Origin: Thermodesulfobacteriota bacterium | GTDB taxonomy: Bacteria; Desulfobacterota_D; UBA1144; Nemesobacterales; Mycalebacteriaceae | Length of the DNA: 64,000 nucleotides | Assembly (NCBI GenBank): GCA_965226585.1 | Contig: OZ245366.1 | Location: 352,001 to 416,000 of the forward strand | Direction of reading: 5' to 3' | Part shown: positions 9,002 to 19,057 of the stretch, piece by piece | How positions within the stretch are numbered: position 1 is the first letter of the stretch | Layout of the letters: every line of letters starts with the position of its first letter | Notes under the pieces: model-generated | Database searches by the model: none | What the model was told of the DNA's origin: nothing | The model's input: only the letters and a program-made list of their open reading frames with translations | Position numbers and translations under genes: made by a program

Positions 9002-12000
9002 GTGGGTCACCCAAATCAAGCCTCAATCCCAAATAACGGACATCAAGTTTGTCCGCCTTGAACTGGTCAAAGGGATTTTCCAGTAGCGATATTCCGGTTT
9101 CATTTCCCCCCGCATTGAAAACCGTGCAAATCTGGTACTCGCCTAACTCCATTTGATTTTGACATCTACGGGCGTGTTCCCACTGTGGACCTGTAATTTC
9201 GAAGGTGTGAGGGGGGCTACTTATTGTTGTCTTGACCTCTACGAAGATATCCAAATTGCCTTTTCTGCTGATGCTTATGTCATAGGGCTTACTGCTTTCC
9301 CCTGCTTCATTCATCCAGACTACCTCATCTTCCAGATATTTCTTTTGTAGTGCGAGAAGAACTTCTTCTTCTCCCCATCTTCCGGCTTCCAGATTTGGCT
9401 TTGTAGGTCTGCTGTTATTACTATCCTCTCTTGTGGAATTGTTCTGACGAGGGGAAGAGGTTCTTGGCGACAGTGTAGGCGTTACGGCGCGGTATATTTT
9501 CGATGAACCATTCGGCTCGCGTTCGGGTTTCCATGGTTCTTCTGCAAAATTGTTGGGTTCCCCCGGTGTTCTGACCCCGCTTCTTTCATAGTTGCTTGAG
9601 CGCGGTTGTTTTAGTTGTTTCAGTTCTGCTTTCAATTCTTCATTCTCTTGCTTTAACTGTGTGTTTTCCTCCGCTTTTTCTTGGTACTCTTTGCGAGTAA
9701 CAACTTCCGGTCTCATTCCCAGAGCGCGAGCTAATGTGTCTCGGGCTATTGGGGTTCCTTTCTCATACATTTCGTTCAAATCTTCAAATCCGTAATTTCC
9801 CAGAGATTCTATTTGTATCAGTTCGTTTTTTTTATCGTAGAGCCAGTTGTGTTTTTGTATAGTCTGTCCGGCTTCTGAGAACATCTCACACGTATTTTTG
9901 TTGGAAAAATTCTTTTGAGAACTACAAGATACTTTTCCCCTTAAATGGTCATAATATTTCAAGAGGAAACTCCACAAAATCTTTGAACGGCCCTCATTGA
10001 TATTTTCGAGAGAGTATTGAAGCCCGTAGATTTTGAAGTTAGGCTTAAAACCGTCTTCGCCTTTTTTATGGGGATTATCGGGAGTTCCGTGACGTACTGT
10101 TTTCTTCCACTCTTCGCCATCCCATTCCCACTTTCCATCGTCATATTCCAAATCTTTAAAGCATCCGATTTTTACAAACATTTCTTTTATTTCTTTATTG
10201 TTTTTCTCTGTCCATTTCAACTCTTTGACAGGTTCTATCTCTTTATTGTCTTTGAACCATTTTGTAGTTATCTCATCCTGCAGGAAAGTTTTGTCCGGTT
10301 TGCTATAGATTCCTGTTTCCGTGCGAATAATATAGAGGTTTTTTAATGACTTTGTGATGTCACTATCATTTTTGTAGCCTGCTATACGAGCAATGTTTTT
10401 GAGGTGATATTCTTCATTTATTTGGTGGTTTTCGTTTTCGTATTTGGGCAGTATGTCTTTTTGTATCCAGTCTTTTTCATCAGGTTCTTTGATTCCTAGG
10501 TATTCAAACAGTTTTTTGGCGTTTTCTTGCTTCAAAATTTCTTTGTCAATTATTTTGAAGGATGAGGACTCACTGTTGGATTCGTACGGTCTGAAAACCT
10601 GTAGGTTTCCTTTAGAATCAAACGGAGACACGTAGTCTCCATTCTGTAGGCGTAAGATAGGTTTTTCTTTGAACAAGTCAATTATTTCACGATACCTCCC
10701 GTAAAATTTAGGTTTTAATTCACTTTCTTTTTCTTCTATAAAAATACCGTAAAAGTTATTTAGCCACTTATCATCTTTTTTACTGATGAATTCTTTATCT
10801 AATTTCTCTGCAAACTTTTCTAACGAGAATTCTTCTATTGAGAGGATTTGGCGAATGTTATCTGGAATGTCCGTGGAGACCCATTTATACATGACATCTT
10901 TTATTTCGTGTGGTTTAAGAAGTTTGGTTAGTTCCTTGTCTTTAGTAAACAAACATTCTTTCGGGTGAAGATATGTGTTTACTTCAACACCCGGAAGCAG
11001 TTTTTCTTGTTTCATTTTCTCTGTCACGGCCTCGCGTACGGTAGAGTATGGTTCTTCTCCATTTCTTTCGTTCACGGGCAGAAATCTTAAGACATCGGTT
11101 GATAGCAAACCTATATCTCTTATCAATGGCAGAGAATCGGCAACGAGTCTTCCCAAGCTCTTTGTAATTTCTTGGTTGTCTTCGTCATCAAGGCAGAGAT
11201 TCTCTCTGCTGGGAGTTGTTCCGTAGGGTGCTTGAACAAGAAAAGGGAGATAACTTTCCGTGCTTGTCGGAAAAAAAACAAATACTGGGCTCTCGGCAAC
11301 GCTAACCAGATTTCTTTTTTCTTTGAGTAAAGCGATTTTAATTTTATGGCTGGTTTTCCTGACTGATTTTATTGGCTCTATTACAAGATAGTGTTGGTCA
11401 CCACCATCTCCGACAGTTGTTTCAGTAACTTTGAAATCTTTTTTGTATTTCTGCGGAATTTTTAGTGATTTTCTCTTTATGTGTAGATTCCATTTCTTGT
11501 CCTTATAGGAGAAAGTTATTCTTTGTATGTTTTTGAGGAAAAGGAGATTTTCACTTTTTGTTTCTTCAAATCCTTTGATTATAGTTTGTTTGATGTTCTG
11601 AGATTCATCGTTTTTGAGGCGAAGAATAAAAAGTGTTTCTTTTCCAATGTCTTTGGGTTTAACTTCTTCTGGAAGTATATAGTCCTCAATTTTGAAGTGG
11701 TATTTCCCCGAATGAATAATCGGAGAATCTGTAATGTTAAAAACTGACTTGAAGCCAACCCCGAACTTTCCTATGTCGTTTTTTCCTTCTTTATCTGAGT
11801 CACCAAAGTTAGTTATTGAATCAACATTGTTATAAGTAAAAACTTTTTTGCCATCGTGTCTTATCAGCAATTCTTTGTCTGACAAATCAAAGTGTACGAA
11901 CTTTGCTTCCTTATCTTCGGCATTTTGAAGAAATTCAAAAATGAACTGTGTTTTCTTAGAATGTTGTTCCGCAAGGAGTTTATGCGAGCGGTCTTTGCGT

Positions 12001-12077
12001 TTTTTCATCAGCTTGTGGTATTCGAGTATTTCCTCGCGAAGTTTGGCCAATCCGGGGTTGATATCTGCTTTATCCAT
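8994..12077 (-). CDS. Sacsin-like GHKL ATPase N-domain protein with C-terminal DUF3883 (NOV_C) PD-(D/E)xK nuclease; putative defence protein
   Basis: EFLQNAED..HDG..IGKFGVGFKSVF at N-terminus; GRWGEEEV..PYDI..FVEVKTT at C-terminus; AT-rich; start placed at ATG 12077 behind GAGGAG (track start 12095). Confidence 0.8.
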   Translation of the reverse strand: MDKADINPGLAKLREEILEYHKLMKKRKDRSHKLLAEQHSKKTQFIFEFLQNAEDKEAKFVHFDLSDKELLIRHDGKKVFTYNNVDSITNFGDSDKEGKNDIGKFGVGFKSVFNITDSPIIHSGKYHFKIEDYILPEEVKPKDIGKETLFILRLKNDESQNIKQTIIKGFEETKSENLLFLKNIQRITFSYKDKKWNLHIKRKSLKIPQKYKKDFKVTETTVGDGGDQHYLVIEPIKSVRKTSHKIKIALLKEKRNLVSVAESPVFVFFPTSTESYLPFLVQAPYGTTPSRENLCLDDEDNQEITKSLGRLVADSLPLIRDIGLLSTDVLRFLPVNERNGEEPYSTVREAVTEKMKQEKLLPGVEVNTYLHPKECLFTKDKELTKLLKPHEIKDVMYKWVSTDIPDNIRQILSIEEFSLEKFAEKLDKEFISKKDDKWLNNFYGIFIEEKESELKPKFYGRYREIIDLFKEKPILRLQNGDYVSPFDSKGNLQVFRPYESNSESSSFKIIDKEILKQENAKKLFEYLGIKEPDEKDWIQKDILPKYENENHQINEEYHLKNIARIAGYKNDSDITKSLKNLYIIRTETGIYSKPDKTFLQDEITTKWFKDNKEIEPVKELKWTEKNNKEIKEMFVKIGCFKDLEYDDGKWEWDGEEWKKTVRHGTPDNPHKKGEDGFKPNFKIYGLQYSLENINEGRSKILWSFLLKYYDHLRGKVSCSSQKNFSNKNTCEMFSEAGQTIQKHNWLYDKKNELIQIESLGNYGFEDLNEMYEKGTPIARDTLARALGMRPEVVTRKEYQEKAEENTQLKQENEELKAELKQLKQPRSSNYERSGVRTPGEPNNFAEEPWKPEREPNGSSKIYRAVTPTLSPRTSSPRQNNSTREDSNNSRPTKPNLEAGRWGEEEVLLALQKKYLEDEVVWMNEAGESSKPYDISISRKGNLDIFVEVKTTISSPPHTFEITGPQWEHARRCQNQMELGEYQICTVFNAGGNETGISLLENPFDQFKADKLDVRYLGLRLDLGDPLE

Positions 12078-12143
12078 ATCAGTTTCTCTCCTCATGAGCA
12101 GTGTGTAATCTGCACAGAGCCAAGACTTTATCCAAAAAGAGCC

Positions 12144-12172
12144 TTGAAACCAAAGGCGCGAATACTCATAAT
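12144..12172 (+). promoter_or_regulatory. sigma70-type promoter for MBL-purB-dsbA-gshA unit
   Basis: TTGAAA-N17-CATAAT upstream of GGAG and TTG 12198. Confidence 0.55.
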
Positions 12173-12197
12173 AGCCCTGTCTACGGAGACTCTATTA

Positions 12198-12941
12198 TTG
12201 AAAGTACAAACCCTTGCCAGCGGAAGTTCGGGAAACTGCACTTTTATAGACAGCGGATGCTCAAAGATACTTGTTGACGCCGGTATCGGTGTGCGAAAAC
12301 TCTCCAAATTCCTCGGGCAAATAGGCGTAAGTATGGAAGAGATAGACGCCGTTGTTGTCAGCCACGAACACTTAGACCACGCAAAAGCGATAACCTCCAT
12401 TCCCGTTCCCGTCTATGTTTCATCCGCCACGGCGCACCTGTGGCACAAAAAAGTTGACTCTCTTTCCGAGTTCAATTCCGGCGGCGGTTTCGAAGTCGGC
12501 GCGATGACGATAAACACCTTTCCCGTTCCCCATGACGCCCTGGACCCGGTCGGCTTCACCGTTGAGGCGAAAGGCAAAAAAGTGGGAGTTGTTACCGATA
12601 TCGGCAGAGAAACCGGAGTTGTTTCCGACCGGCTGCGCGATTGCGATATGCTGGTGATAGAGTCAAACCACGATGAACGACAGCTTCTGTCCGGGCTCTA
12701 CCCGTGGGAATTGAAACAGAGAATCGGCGGAAGTCTCGGCCATCTGTCAAACCGGCAGTGCTCAAATCTTCTCTGCGGCGTGGCGCACGACAAACTGCGT
12801 TTTGTGGTTCTCGCCCACTTGAGCGAGTCAAACAATATGCCCGCTCTCGCCCTTGACTCCGCGCGCGCGGCGGTCAGGGGGAGCGGGGCGTCCGTTCACG
12901 TGGCTCCCAGAGTGTCGCCGGGGGAGGCGTTCATAATTTGA
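12198..12941 (+). CDS. YycJ/WalJ-like MBL-fold metallo-hydrolase
   Basis: LASGSSGN, SHEHLDH, PHDA, IESNHD, GHLSN, LAHLS; TTG start after GGAG (track ORF over-extended to 11892). Confidence 0.88.
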   Translation: MKVQTLASGSSGNCTFIDSGCSKILVDAGIGVRKLSKFLGQIGVSMEEIDAVVVSHEHLDHAKAITSIPVPVYVSSATAHLWHKKVDSLSEFNSGGGFEVGAMTINTFPVPHDALDPVGFTVEAKGKKVGVVTDIGRETGVVSDRLRDCDMLVIESNHDERQLLSGLYPWELKQRIGGSLGHLSNRQCSNLLCGVAHDKLRFVVLAHLSESNNMPALALDSARAAVRGSGASVHVAPRVSPGEAFII

Positions 12942-14230
12942 TTTCACGATACAGCAGAAAGGAAATGGCGGACATCTGGAGCGACAAATCCAGATACTCC
13001 AAATGGCTTGAAGTGGAACTCGCCGTCTGCAGGGCTTGGAGCGAGGCGGGAAAAATTCCCCCGAAAGCCCTTGCGGATATAGAAAAAAAAGCCGCCTTTG
13101 ATACCGCGAGAATAGCGAAACTGGAAAAGAGTTTGAAGCACGACGTGCTCGCGTTTCTCACTTCCGTTTCAGAAAAAGTGGGCGCGAACTCAAGATACAT
13201 TCACATGGGCATCACCTCGTCAGATGTTCTGGACACCGCGTTCGCCCTCCAGCTTGGGCAAGCCGCGCAACTCATAATGAAAGATATGAAAGACGTGATG
13301 AAGGTTTTGAAAAAACACGCTCTCCGGCACAAAAAAACCCCGATGATAGGAAGGTCTCACGGCATTCACGCCGAGCCCAAAACCCTCGGGCTTGTTTTCG
13401 CCCTATGGTATGACGAGATGTCTCGAAACCTTGCCAGAATGAAGCGCGCCGCCCATGAGGCGGGGGTGGGCATGATGTCGGGACCTGTTGGAACCTACGC
13501 GAGCGTGCCGCCCCGGATTGAGAAAAGTGCCTGCAAAAAACTGGGTCTTCGTCCCGCCGCGATATCAACCCAGATAATTCACCGCGACATACACGCCGAG
13601 TATTTTCTCTGCCTCTCGCTCATCGCCGCCGGAATTGAGAGAATAGCGACCGAGATACGGCACTTTCAAAGAACCGAGGTTCTTGAAATGGAGGAGCCGT
13701 TCGGAAGCGGGCAGAAAGGGTCTTCGGCGATGCCCCACAAAAAAAATCCGATATTGTCGGAAAATCTCTGCGGCCTCGCAAGGGTTGTGAGGTCTCACTC
13801 TGCGGCCGCGCTTGAAAACATCTCCCTGTGGCACGAGAGAGACATAAGCCACTCGTCGGTTGAAAGGATTATCGCCCCGGACGGCACCACTCTTGTTGAT
13901 TTTATGCTCGTCCGCCTCAAACTTCTTCTGGATGGTCTTGTGATACACAAGGACAAACTTTCGGAAAACATGGACCTGACAAAAGGGCTTGTGTTTTCCC
14001 AGAAAGTTTTGCTGAAGATTATAGACAAGGGCGTCTCCCGTGAGAATGCGTACGCGATTGTGCAGAGAAACGCCATGAAATGCTGGGAGGAGAAGACCGA
14101 CTTTTCAGCCATCCTTAAAACGGACGGGGAGTTGATGAAGATTCTCCCGGAGGACGAAATTGACTCATGTTTTGATACTTCAGAGGATTTTCAGCATGTT
14201 GAGACGATTTTTAAGAGAGTTTTCTCCTGA
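12938..14230 (+). CDS. purB: Adenylosuccinate lyase
   Basis: MISRYS start, GRSHGIHAEP, GSSAMPHKKNP, HERDISHSSVER. Confidence 0.96.
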   Translation: MISRYSRKEMADIWSDKSRYSKWLEVELAVCRAWSEAGKIPPKALADIEKKAAFDTARIAKLEKSLKHDVLAFLTSVSEKVGANSRYIHMGITSSDVLDTAFALQLGQAAQLIMKDMKDVMKVLKKHALRHKKTPMIGRSHGIHAEPKTLGLVFALWYDEMSRNLARMKRAAHEAGVGMMSGPVGTYASVPPRIEKSACKKLGLRPAAISTQIIHRDIHAEYFLCLSLIAAGIERIATEIRHFQRTEVLEMEEPFGSGQKGSSAMPHKKNPILSENLCGLARVVRSHSAAALENISLWHERDISHSSVERIIAPDGTTLVDFMLVRLKLLLDGLVIHKDKLSENMDLTKGLVFSQKVLLKIIDKGVSRENAYAIVQRNAMKCWEEKTDFSAILKTDGELMKILPEDEIDSCFDTSEDFQHVETIFKRVFS

Positions 14231-15230
14231 CCTTCCGGTTGTTGCCTCTCTCTGTTTTTTGCTGATTTTCTGCGCCGCGCAGAACTCCGCCGCAAGGAGT
14301 TTTGAGCAAAAAACCCGCGCGGCGGCGGAGACATTCGCAAAAAGTTTTGTGCTTTTTCTCCCCGCCGGATACACGGTTGGCGTTGAGAAATCCGGCGCGA
14401 AAAGACAGAGAGGGTTTATAAGCGGAAGGTTTGTTTTCAAATCCCCCAAAGGGAAAAAGGCGGACGTTCCGCCCGTTGCGTTTCTTCTGACTTCAGACGG
14501 AAAGTATTTGATTCTGGGAACAGACAAAGTGGTTGGCACGGCTGACCTTGAAGGCTCAGACCTTTCCGGATTCGCCAAAATCCCAAATTTCTTCAAAGAG
14601 GCGCCGGTGGTTCTTTTCTCAAAAGACGGGCGGATAATCGCCGCGAACAACATTCTTGAAGTCGGCGCGGATTACGCCCTGAAGAACAGGCGGAAAATGT
14701 CATTCAAAAACTCCCCGGTGCTGGGAGACCCGCGCGCCGAGGTGTCAATTGTTGAGTATTCGAACTTTCAATGCCCCTACTGCAAGGAGGCGCTTTTTTT
14801 AATCAGGGATGTTCTGGATAAGTATGAGGGCAAGGTGAGGCTTGTGTACAAACACCTTCCGGCAAGTTTTCATGAGTGGTCGTACCCCGCAGCCGCCGCT
14901 TCGTACTGTTTTGCCAGATTCGGGGGCAACAAGGCGTTCAGGTATTTTCACGATGAGGTTTTCAGGCATCAGGCATCCATAACTCCGCAAAACTACGCCA
15001 AACGCTTTGCCGCCCTCGCGCGCCGGTCGGGGCTTTCGCCGGGGCGCATATCAAAATGCATGGATTCATCCGAAGCAAAGGATATTATCAGTCGCGACAT
15101 AAAAGAGGCGGAATCGCTGGAAGTGGAAGGAACTCCAACGTTTTTTGTTGACGGAATCAGGGTTCCCGTGGACGCGGATTTGCTCAAGCGGGCAATTGAG
15201 ATACGTCTTTCCCGCAGGGGTTTACAATGA
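14196..15230 (+). CDS. Exported DsbA/thioredoxin-family oxidoreductase
   Basis: Signal peptide-like N-terminus, EYSNFQCPYC, GTPTFF cis-Pro; start ATG 14196 after GAGG is a best guess. Confidence 0.82.
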   Translation: MLRRFLREFSPDLPVVASLCFLLIFCAAQNSAARSFEQKTRAAAETFAKSFVLFLPAGYTVGVEKSGAKRQRGFISGRFVFKSPKGKKADVPPVAFLLTSDGKYLILGTDKVVGTADLEGSDLSGFAKIPNFFKEAPVVLFSKDGRIIAANNILEVGADYALKNRRKMSFKNSPVLGDPRAEVSIVEYSNFQCPYCKEALFLIRDVLDKYEGKVRLVYKHLPASFHEWSYPAAAASYCFARFGGNKAFRYFHDEVFRHQASITPQNYAKRFAALARRSGLSPGRISKCMDSSEAKDIISRDIKEAESLEVEGTPTFFVDGIRVPVDADLLKRAIEIRLSRRGLQ

Positions 15231-15240
15231 AAGGGGCGAT

Positions 15241-16452
15241 ATGGATTTTATAGAACAGGCGGGAAAAGCGGTAAGGCGGAAAGCCCCGGAATTGCGGGAC
15301 TGGGAGGCGGAGCATCTGTCGAAAATACTGGCGCCTTTTTATTCCTCCGCCGACCTCAGGGTTTCAGAGAAAAAGTGCGCCGTTGTTGACACAAACATCT
15401 TTCCCGCCGGTTTCAACAACCTTTCCGCGCCATTCCGTTCAGCCCTAGGTTCTCTCATAAAAGACGCTCTTGAGCGGAAATATCCCGGCACGGAAAGTGT
15501 TCTTATAGTTCCCGAAGTTCACACGCGAAACCCGTATTACTGGGAGAATATTAAGACGCTTGAAAAGGTTCTGCTGAGCCGCGGTTTTGAGGCGCGGGTT
15601 GGTTTTATTGACGACTCGGTTGAGCGCGAAAAAATCTCATGTGAGACATCGGGCGGCGAGACGGTGGAGCTTGCCAAAATACGTTCCGAGGGCGGAAAGA
15701 TAACAGCCGGGGGTTTTACCGCGGACGCGGTTTTGCTGAACAACGATTTTTCCGATGACTGCCCGTCAATTCTGCGTGACGTTGTTCAGCCGATTGTGCC
15801 TCCGGTTGAAATCGGGTGGCATTCCCGCAGAAAAGATGTTCATTTTGAGTTTTACAACTCCCTTGCGTCCGAAGCCGCGCTGATATGCGGAATTGACCCC
15901 GCCTCGGTTCAGGTTCTCACCCGTCCGGTGGAGGATGTGGATTTTGACGAAGCGGATGACAGGGAGAGGGTTGCCCTTGCCGCAGACGGCATGACCGGGG
16001 AGATGAAAAACGGTTCCGAGCCGTTTGTTTTTGTCAAAAGCAACAACGGCACTTACGGGATGGCGGTGGTTTCGGTTGCGGACGGCGATGCGGTGAGAAA
16101 CATGAACGCCGAGAACAGAAAGAAGATGCGCGCCGGAAAATCAAAACAGCCTTTGAGAAACGTGGTTGTTCAGGAAGGCGTTCCGACCGCTTTGCGGACA
16201 ACGGACGGAATGCCCACCGAACCCGTTCTCTACATGGTGGAAACGCAAGTTGCGGGCGCGTTTTACCGGGCAAACTCCAGGAAAGACGCGCAGCAGAATC
16301 TGAACTCATCGGGAATGGAGTTCCGACCGTTTCCCGATGCGGTGAGCGGTTTTCAGGAGATACCGGAACTGTTTTCCCTATGCGCCAAAATCGCCGTCAT
16401 CGCCGCCGGATACGAGATTGAAAAGGTCATGCTGGAAGGGGGCTGTGAGTGA
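15241..16452 (+). CDS. gshA: Glutamate--cysteine ligase (GshA, ATP-grasp type)
   Basis: PFYSSADLR, VDTNIFPAGFNNL, PEVHTRNPYY, GWHSRRK, GTYGMAV, QEGVPT, NLNSSGM. Confidence 0.85.
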   Translation: MDFIEQAGKAVRRKAPELRDWEAEHLSKILAPFYSSADLRVSEKKCAVVDTNIFPAGFNNLSAPFRSALGSLIKDALERKYPGTESVLIVPEVHTRNPYYWENIKTLEKVLLSRGFEARVGFIDDSVEREKISCETSGGETVELAKIRSEGGKITAGGFTADAVLLNNDFSDDCPSILRDVVQPIVPPVEIGWHSRRKDVHFEFYNSLASEAALICGIDPASVQVLTRPVEDVDFDEADDRERVALAADGMTGEMKNGSEPFVFVKSNNGTYGMAVVSVADGDAVRNMNAENRKKMRAGKSKQPLRNVVVQEGVPTALRTTDGMPTEPVLYMVETQVAGAFYRANSRKDAQQNLNSSGMEFRPFPDAVSGFQEIPELFSLCAKIAVIAAGYEIEKVMLEGGCE

Positions 16453-16496
16453 GTCGGAAATTTTGTTTGTGCGGATTTGGTTGATACCATTAAGAA

Positions 16497-17291
16497 ATGG
16501 CAAAGAATCTGAACCCTTGGATAGAGATGAGTATTGAATACGCGAACCAGCGTAGTTACTTGGATGATTTGTTCACCGTTTATCCGACAATACCGGATGG
16601 TATTCGTGAAATAGATGAGGAAGTTCGGGAAAGTGTGGAAAAATCGTTTGAAAAGCAGGACAACATTTCGCTTATTGAAAACTTGCTCAAACTTGAACTT
16701 TTTCCGGTCAAGGACTCGTATGTAGCGTACCTCAGGAGAGACAAAGAATCCTTGAGACGCAATCCTGCCACCGTAGACAGGCTTGCCGGTCGCATTTATG
16801 ATTTGGGGCTGGAGGAAGTTTTGTCTCGCTCTTCCGAGCCGAAAGAAACCAACAGGCAAATAGGCCCGCTTTTCAAACGCTGGATTAGTGGAAAGTCTCT
16901 CGGTGTGAAGCCAGTGAAGTTGGATAAGTTTTTGGAAACAAAAAGAAACGCTGTTCTTGATGCAAGTGATGAAGAGATGAAAGAATTTGCTTGGAAAAAT
17001 CTGAATTACAAGCATGACAAAGGGCTCGATTTTGTCGGGCGTTTTAACGGCAAATACGTTATTGGAGAAGCAAAATTCCTAACTGATTTTGGAGGACATC
17101 AGAACGCTCAATTCAATGATGCTGTAGCTACTGTAACAGCGCGTGGAGTGAAAGCAGTTCAGGTCGCAATTCTTGACGGTGTCCTATACATTGAAAGCAG
17201 AAGTAAATTGCATAAGGAAATTACCGGACGGCTTAGAAACAAAAATATAATGAGTGCATTGGTTTTTCGGGAGTTTCTGTATCAGGTCTAA
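16497..17291 (+). CDS. Type II restriction endonuclease, Tsp45I-like family
   Basis: GLDF..IGEAKFLTDFGGHQNAQF PD-(D/E)xK motif; coupled (TAATG) to DNA methyltransferase; family from recalled similarity. Confidence 0.8.
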   Translation: MAKNLNPWIEMSIEYANQRSYLDDLFTVYPTIPDGIREIDEEVRESVEKSFEKQDNISLIENLLKLELFPVKDSYVAYLRRDKESLRRNPATVDRLAGRIYDLGLEEVLSRSSEPKETNRQIGPLFKRWISGKSLGVKPVKLDKFLETKRNAVLDASDEEMKEFAWKNLNYKHDKGLDFVGRFNGKYVIGEAKFLTDFGGHQNAQFNDAVATVTARGVKAVQVAILDGVLYIESRSKLHKEITGRLRNKNIMSALVFREFLYQV

Positions 17292-18421
17292 TGCCAATGT
17301 TCATTACTTATGAAAACAAGAAGTCTGAGAAAGATATTCTCGACAAAACTTCTGGCGTAGGTCTGGATGTTGTTTCCGGGCAAGGGGCGGCAAACAAGCT
17401 TATTCACGCAGACAACCTTCCAACTCTTAAAACTCTACTTGCCGATTATGCTGGGAAAATTGATTTGATTTACATTGACCCCCCATTTGCCACGAACGGA
17501 CATTTCAAAATCAGCAAAGACAGGGCGAATACGGTCAGCTGTTGCAATGGTGATGAAGTGGCGTACAGCGATACCCTTTTAGGAGTGGATTTTCTGGAAT
17601 TTTTGCGTGAAAGGCTGGTACTGTTGCGCGAACTCTTATCCGAACACGGGTCAATTTATCTGCACATTGACTACAAGATAGGGCATTACGTCAAGTTGAT
17701 AATGGATGAGATATTTGGAATCGGTACGTTCCGGAACGATATTACCAGAGTTAAGTGTAATCCGAAGAATTTTAACCGTAAAGCGTATGGAAACATTAAG
17801 GATTTGATACTTTTTTATTCAAAATCTCCTACTCCGAAATGGAATGACCCGCGTATTCCTTTTTCAAAAGAGGATGAGGAACGCTTGTTCAAAAAAACAG
17901 ATGATAACGGGCGGAAATATACGACAATACCGCTTCACGCGCCTGGAGAAACTTCAAGCGGTAAGACGAGCGAGGAGTGGAAAGGTATGAAGCCGCCTAG
18001 GGGAAGGCATTGGCGTACCGACCCGGCGATACTTGAGAAATGGGACAATCAGGGATTGGTTGAGTGGTCGGTAAACGGAGTTCCACGTAAGAAAATCTTT
18101 CTTGATGAGAGGAGAGGTAAGAAAATGCAAGACATTTGGGAATTCAAGGACCCGCAGTATCCGCAGTACCCAACGGAGAAAAGTTTGAATCTTTTGAAAT
18201 TTATTATTGAAGCGTCATCAAACGAAGGAGATTTGGTACTGGATTGTTTTGCGGGTTCGGGAACGACTCTTGTCGCAGCACAATCTCTGAACCGTCATTG
18301 GATAGGAATTGACGAGTCTGAATCGGCGATTAAAGTTATCAAAGAGAGAATAAACGATTTGCCTGCCACTCTTTTTTCACTTGTTGAATATGAGTTTTTG
18401 AGAACAGTACAAATGCCATAG
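17291..18421 (+). CDS. Site-specific DNA amino-methyltransferase, beta class
   Basis: IYIDPPF (motif IV) precedes YPTEK and LDCFAGSGTT (motif I). Confidence 0.93.
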   Translation: MPMFITYENKKSEKDILDKTSGVGLDVVSGQGAANKLIHADNLPTLKTLLADYAGKIDLIYIDPPFATNGHFKISKDRANTVSCCNGDEVAYSDTLLGVDFLEFLRERLVLLRELLSEHGSIYLHIDYKIGHYVKLIMDEIFGIGTFRNDITRVKCNPKNFNRKAYGNIKDLILFYSKSPTPKWNDPRIPFSKEDEERLFKKTDDNGRKYTTIPLHAPGETSSGKTSEEWKGMKPPRGRHWRTDPAILEKWDNQGLVEWSVNGVPRKKIFLDERRGKKMQDIWEFKDPQYPQYPTEKSLNLLKFIIEASSNEGDLVLDCFAGSGTTLVAAQSLNRHWIGIDESESAIKVIKERINDLPATLFSLVEYEFLRTVQMP

Positions 18422-18446
18422 TATTCGACCTGATGACCAAGAAAAA

Positions 18447-18477
18447 TTGACACTTTTCAGGCAGTTAGGTATAGAAT
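18447..18477 (+). promoter_or_regulatory. sigma70-type promoter of Panacea TA-like operon
   Basis: TTGACA-N17-TATAGA (overlapping TAGAAT); GGGGG RBS before ATG 18527. Confidence 0.6.
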
Positions 18478-18526
18478 GTGAGGTAGCGATTGAACTTATT
18501 GTAAGTATGAAAATAGGGGGGTTGCA

Positions 18527-19057
18527 ATGCCGAAATCAACAAAAAAGCTAACCGAACTTCTCTTGTATGTTGCGTCTAAATCTGAAGGAGACGGGAGTTT
18601 TGGAATGACTAAACTCAACAAATTGATGTTTTTTTCAGATTTTTCTCACTACAAAAAGACTGGAAGATCTATTACAGACACCACTTATGTAAGAAACCAT
18701 CGGGGACCCACCATTAAGGATTTACATTTGGTATTGAATGAAATGGAGAGTAATCGTGTTTCTGCGATTAAAGAGACAGATTTTCACGGCTATCCACAGA
18801 AGCGTCTAATTGCACTGAGACGCGCTGACATATCACAGTTTACGGTTGATGAGATAGACACGGTAGGGAGTGTTCTATCACTTCTGAAGGGTCATAATGC
18901 GTCAGAAGTTAGTGAAGCATCCCACGAATTCGTAGGGTGGAGATTTGCCCGTCAGGGTGAGGAAATCCCTTACATGACTATTAATATATGTAGTCCTGAA
19001 CAGGTTGCTGAATCAATGTCAGATGAAGAGTTAAGGCAAGCAAGTGAGTACGACTGA
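18527..19057 (+). CDS. Panacea-domain (SocA/DUF4065) antitoxin
   Basis: TKLNKLMFFSD, ITDTTY..HRGP, SEASH..W..A..GEEIPY pattern. Confidence 0.85.
   Translation: MPKSTKKLTELLLYVASKSEGDGSFGMTKLNKLMFFSDFSHYKKTGRSITDTTYVRNHRGPTIKDLHLVLNEMESNRVSAIKETDFHGYPQKRLIALRRADISQFTVDEIDTVGSVLSLLKGHNASEVSEASHEFVGWRFARQGEEIPYMTINICSPEQVAESMSDEELRQASEYD

Noticed and set aside
11892..12197. N-terminal extension of the MBL hydrolase ORF
   Set aside because: Overlaps the sacsin-like gene on the other strand; promoter, RBS and family start motif point to TTG 12198
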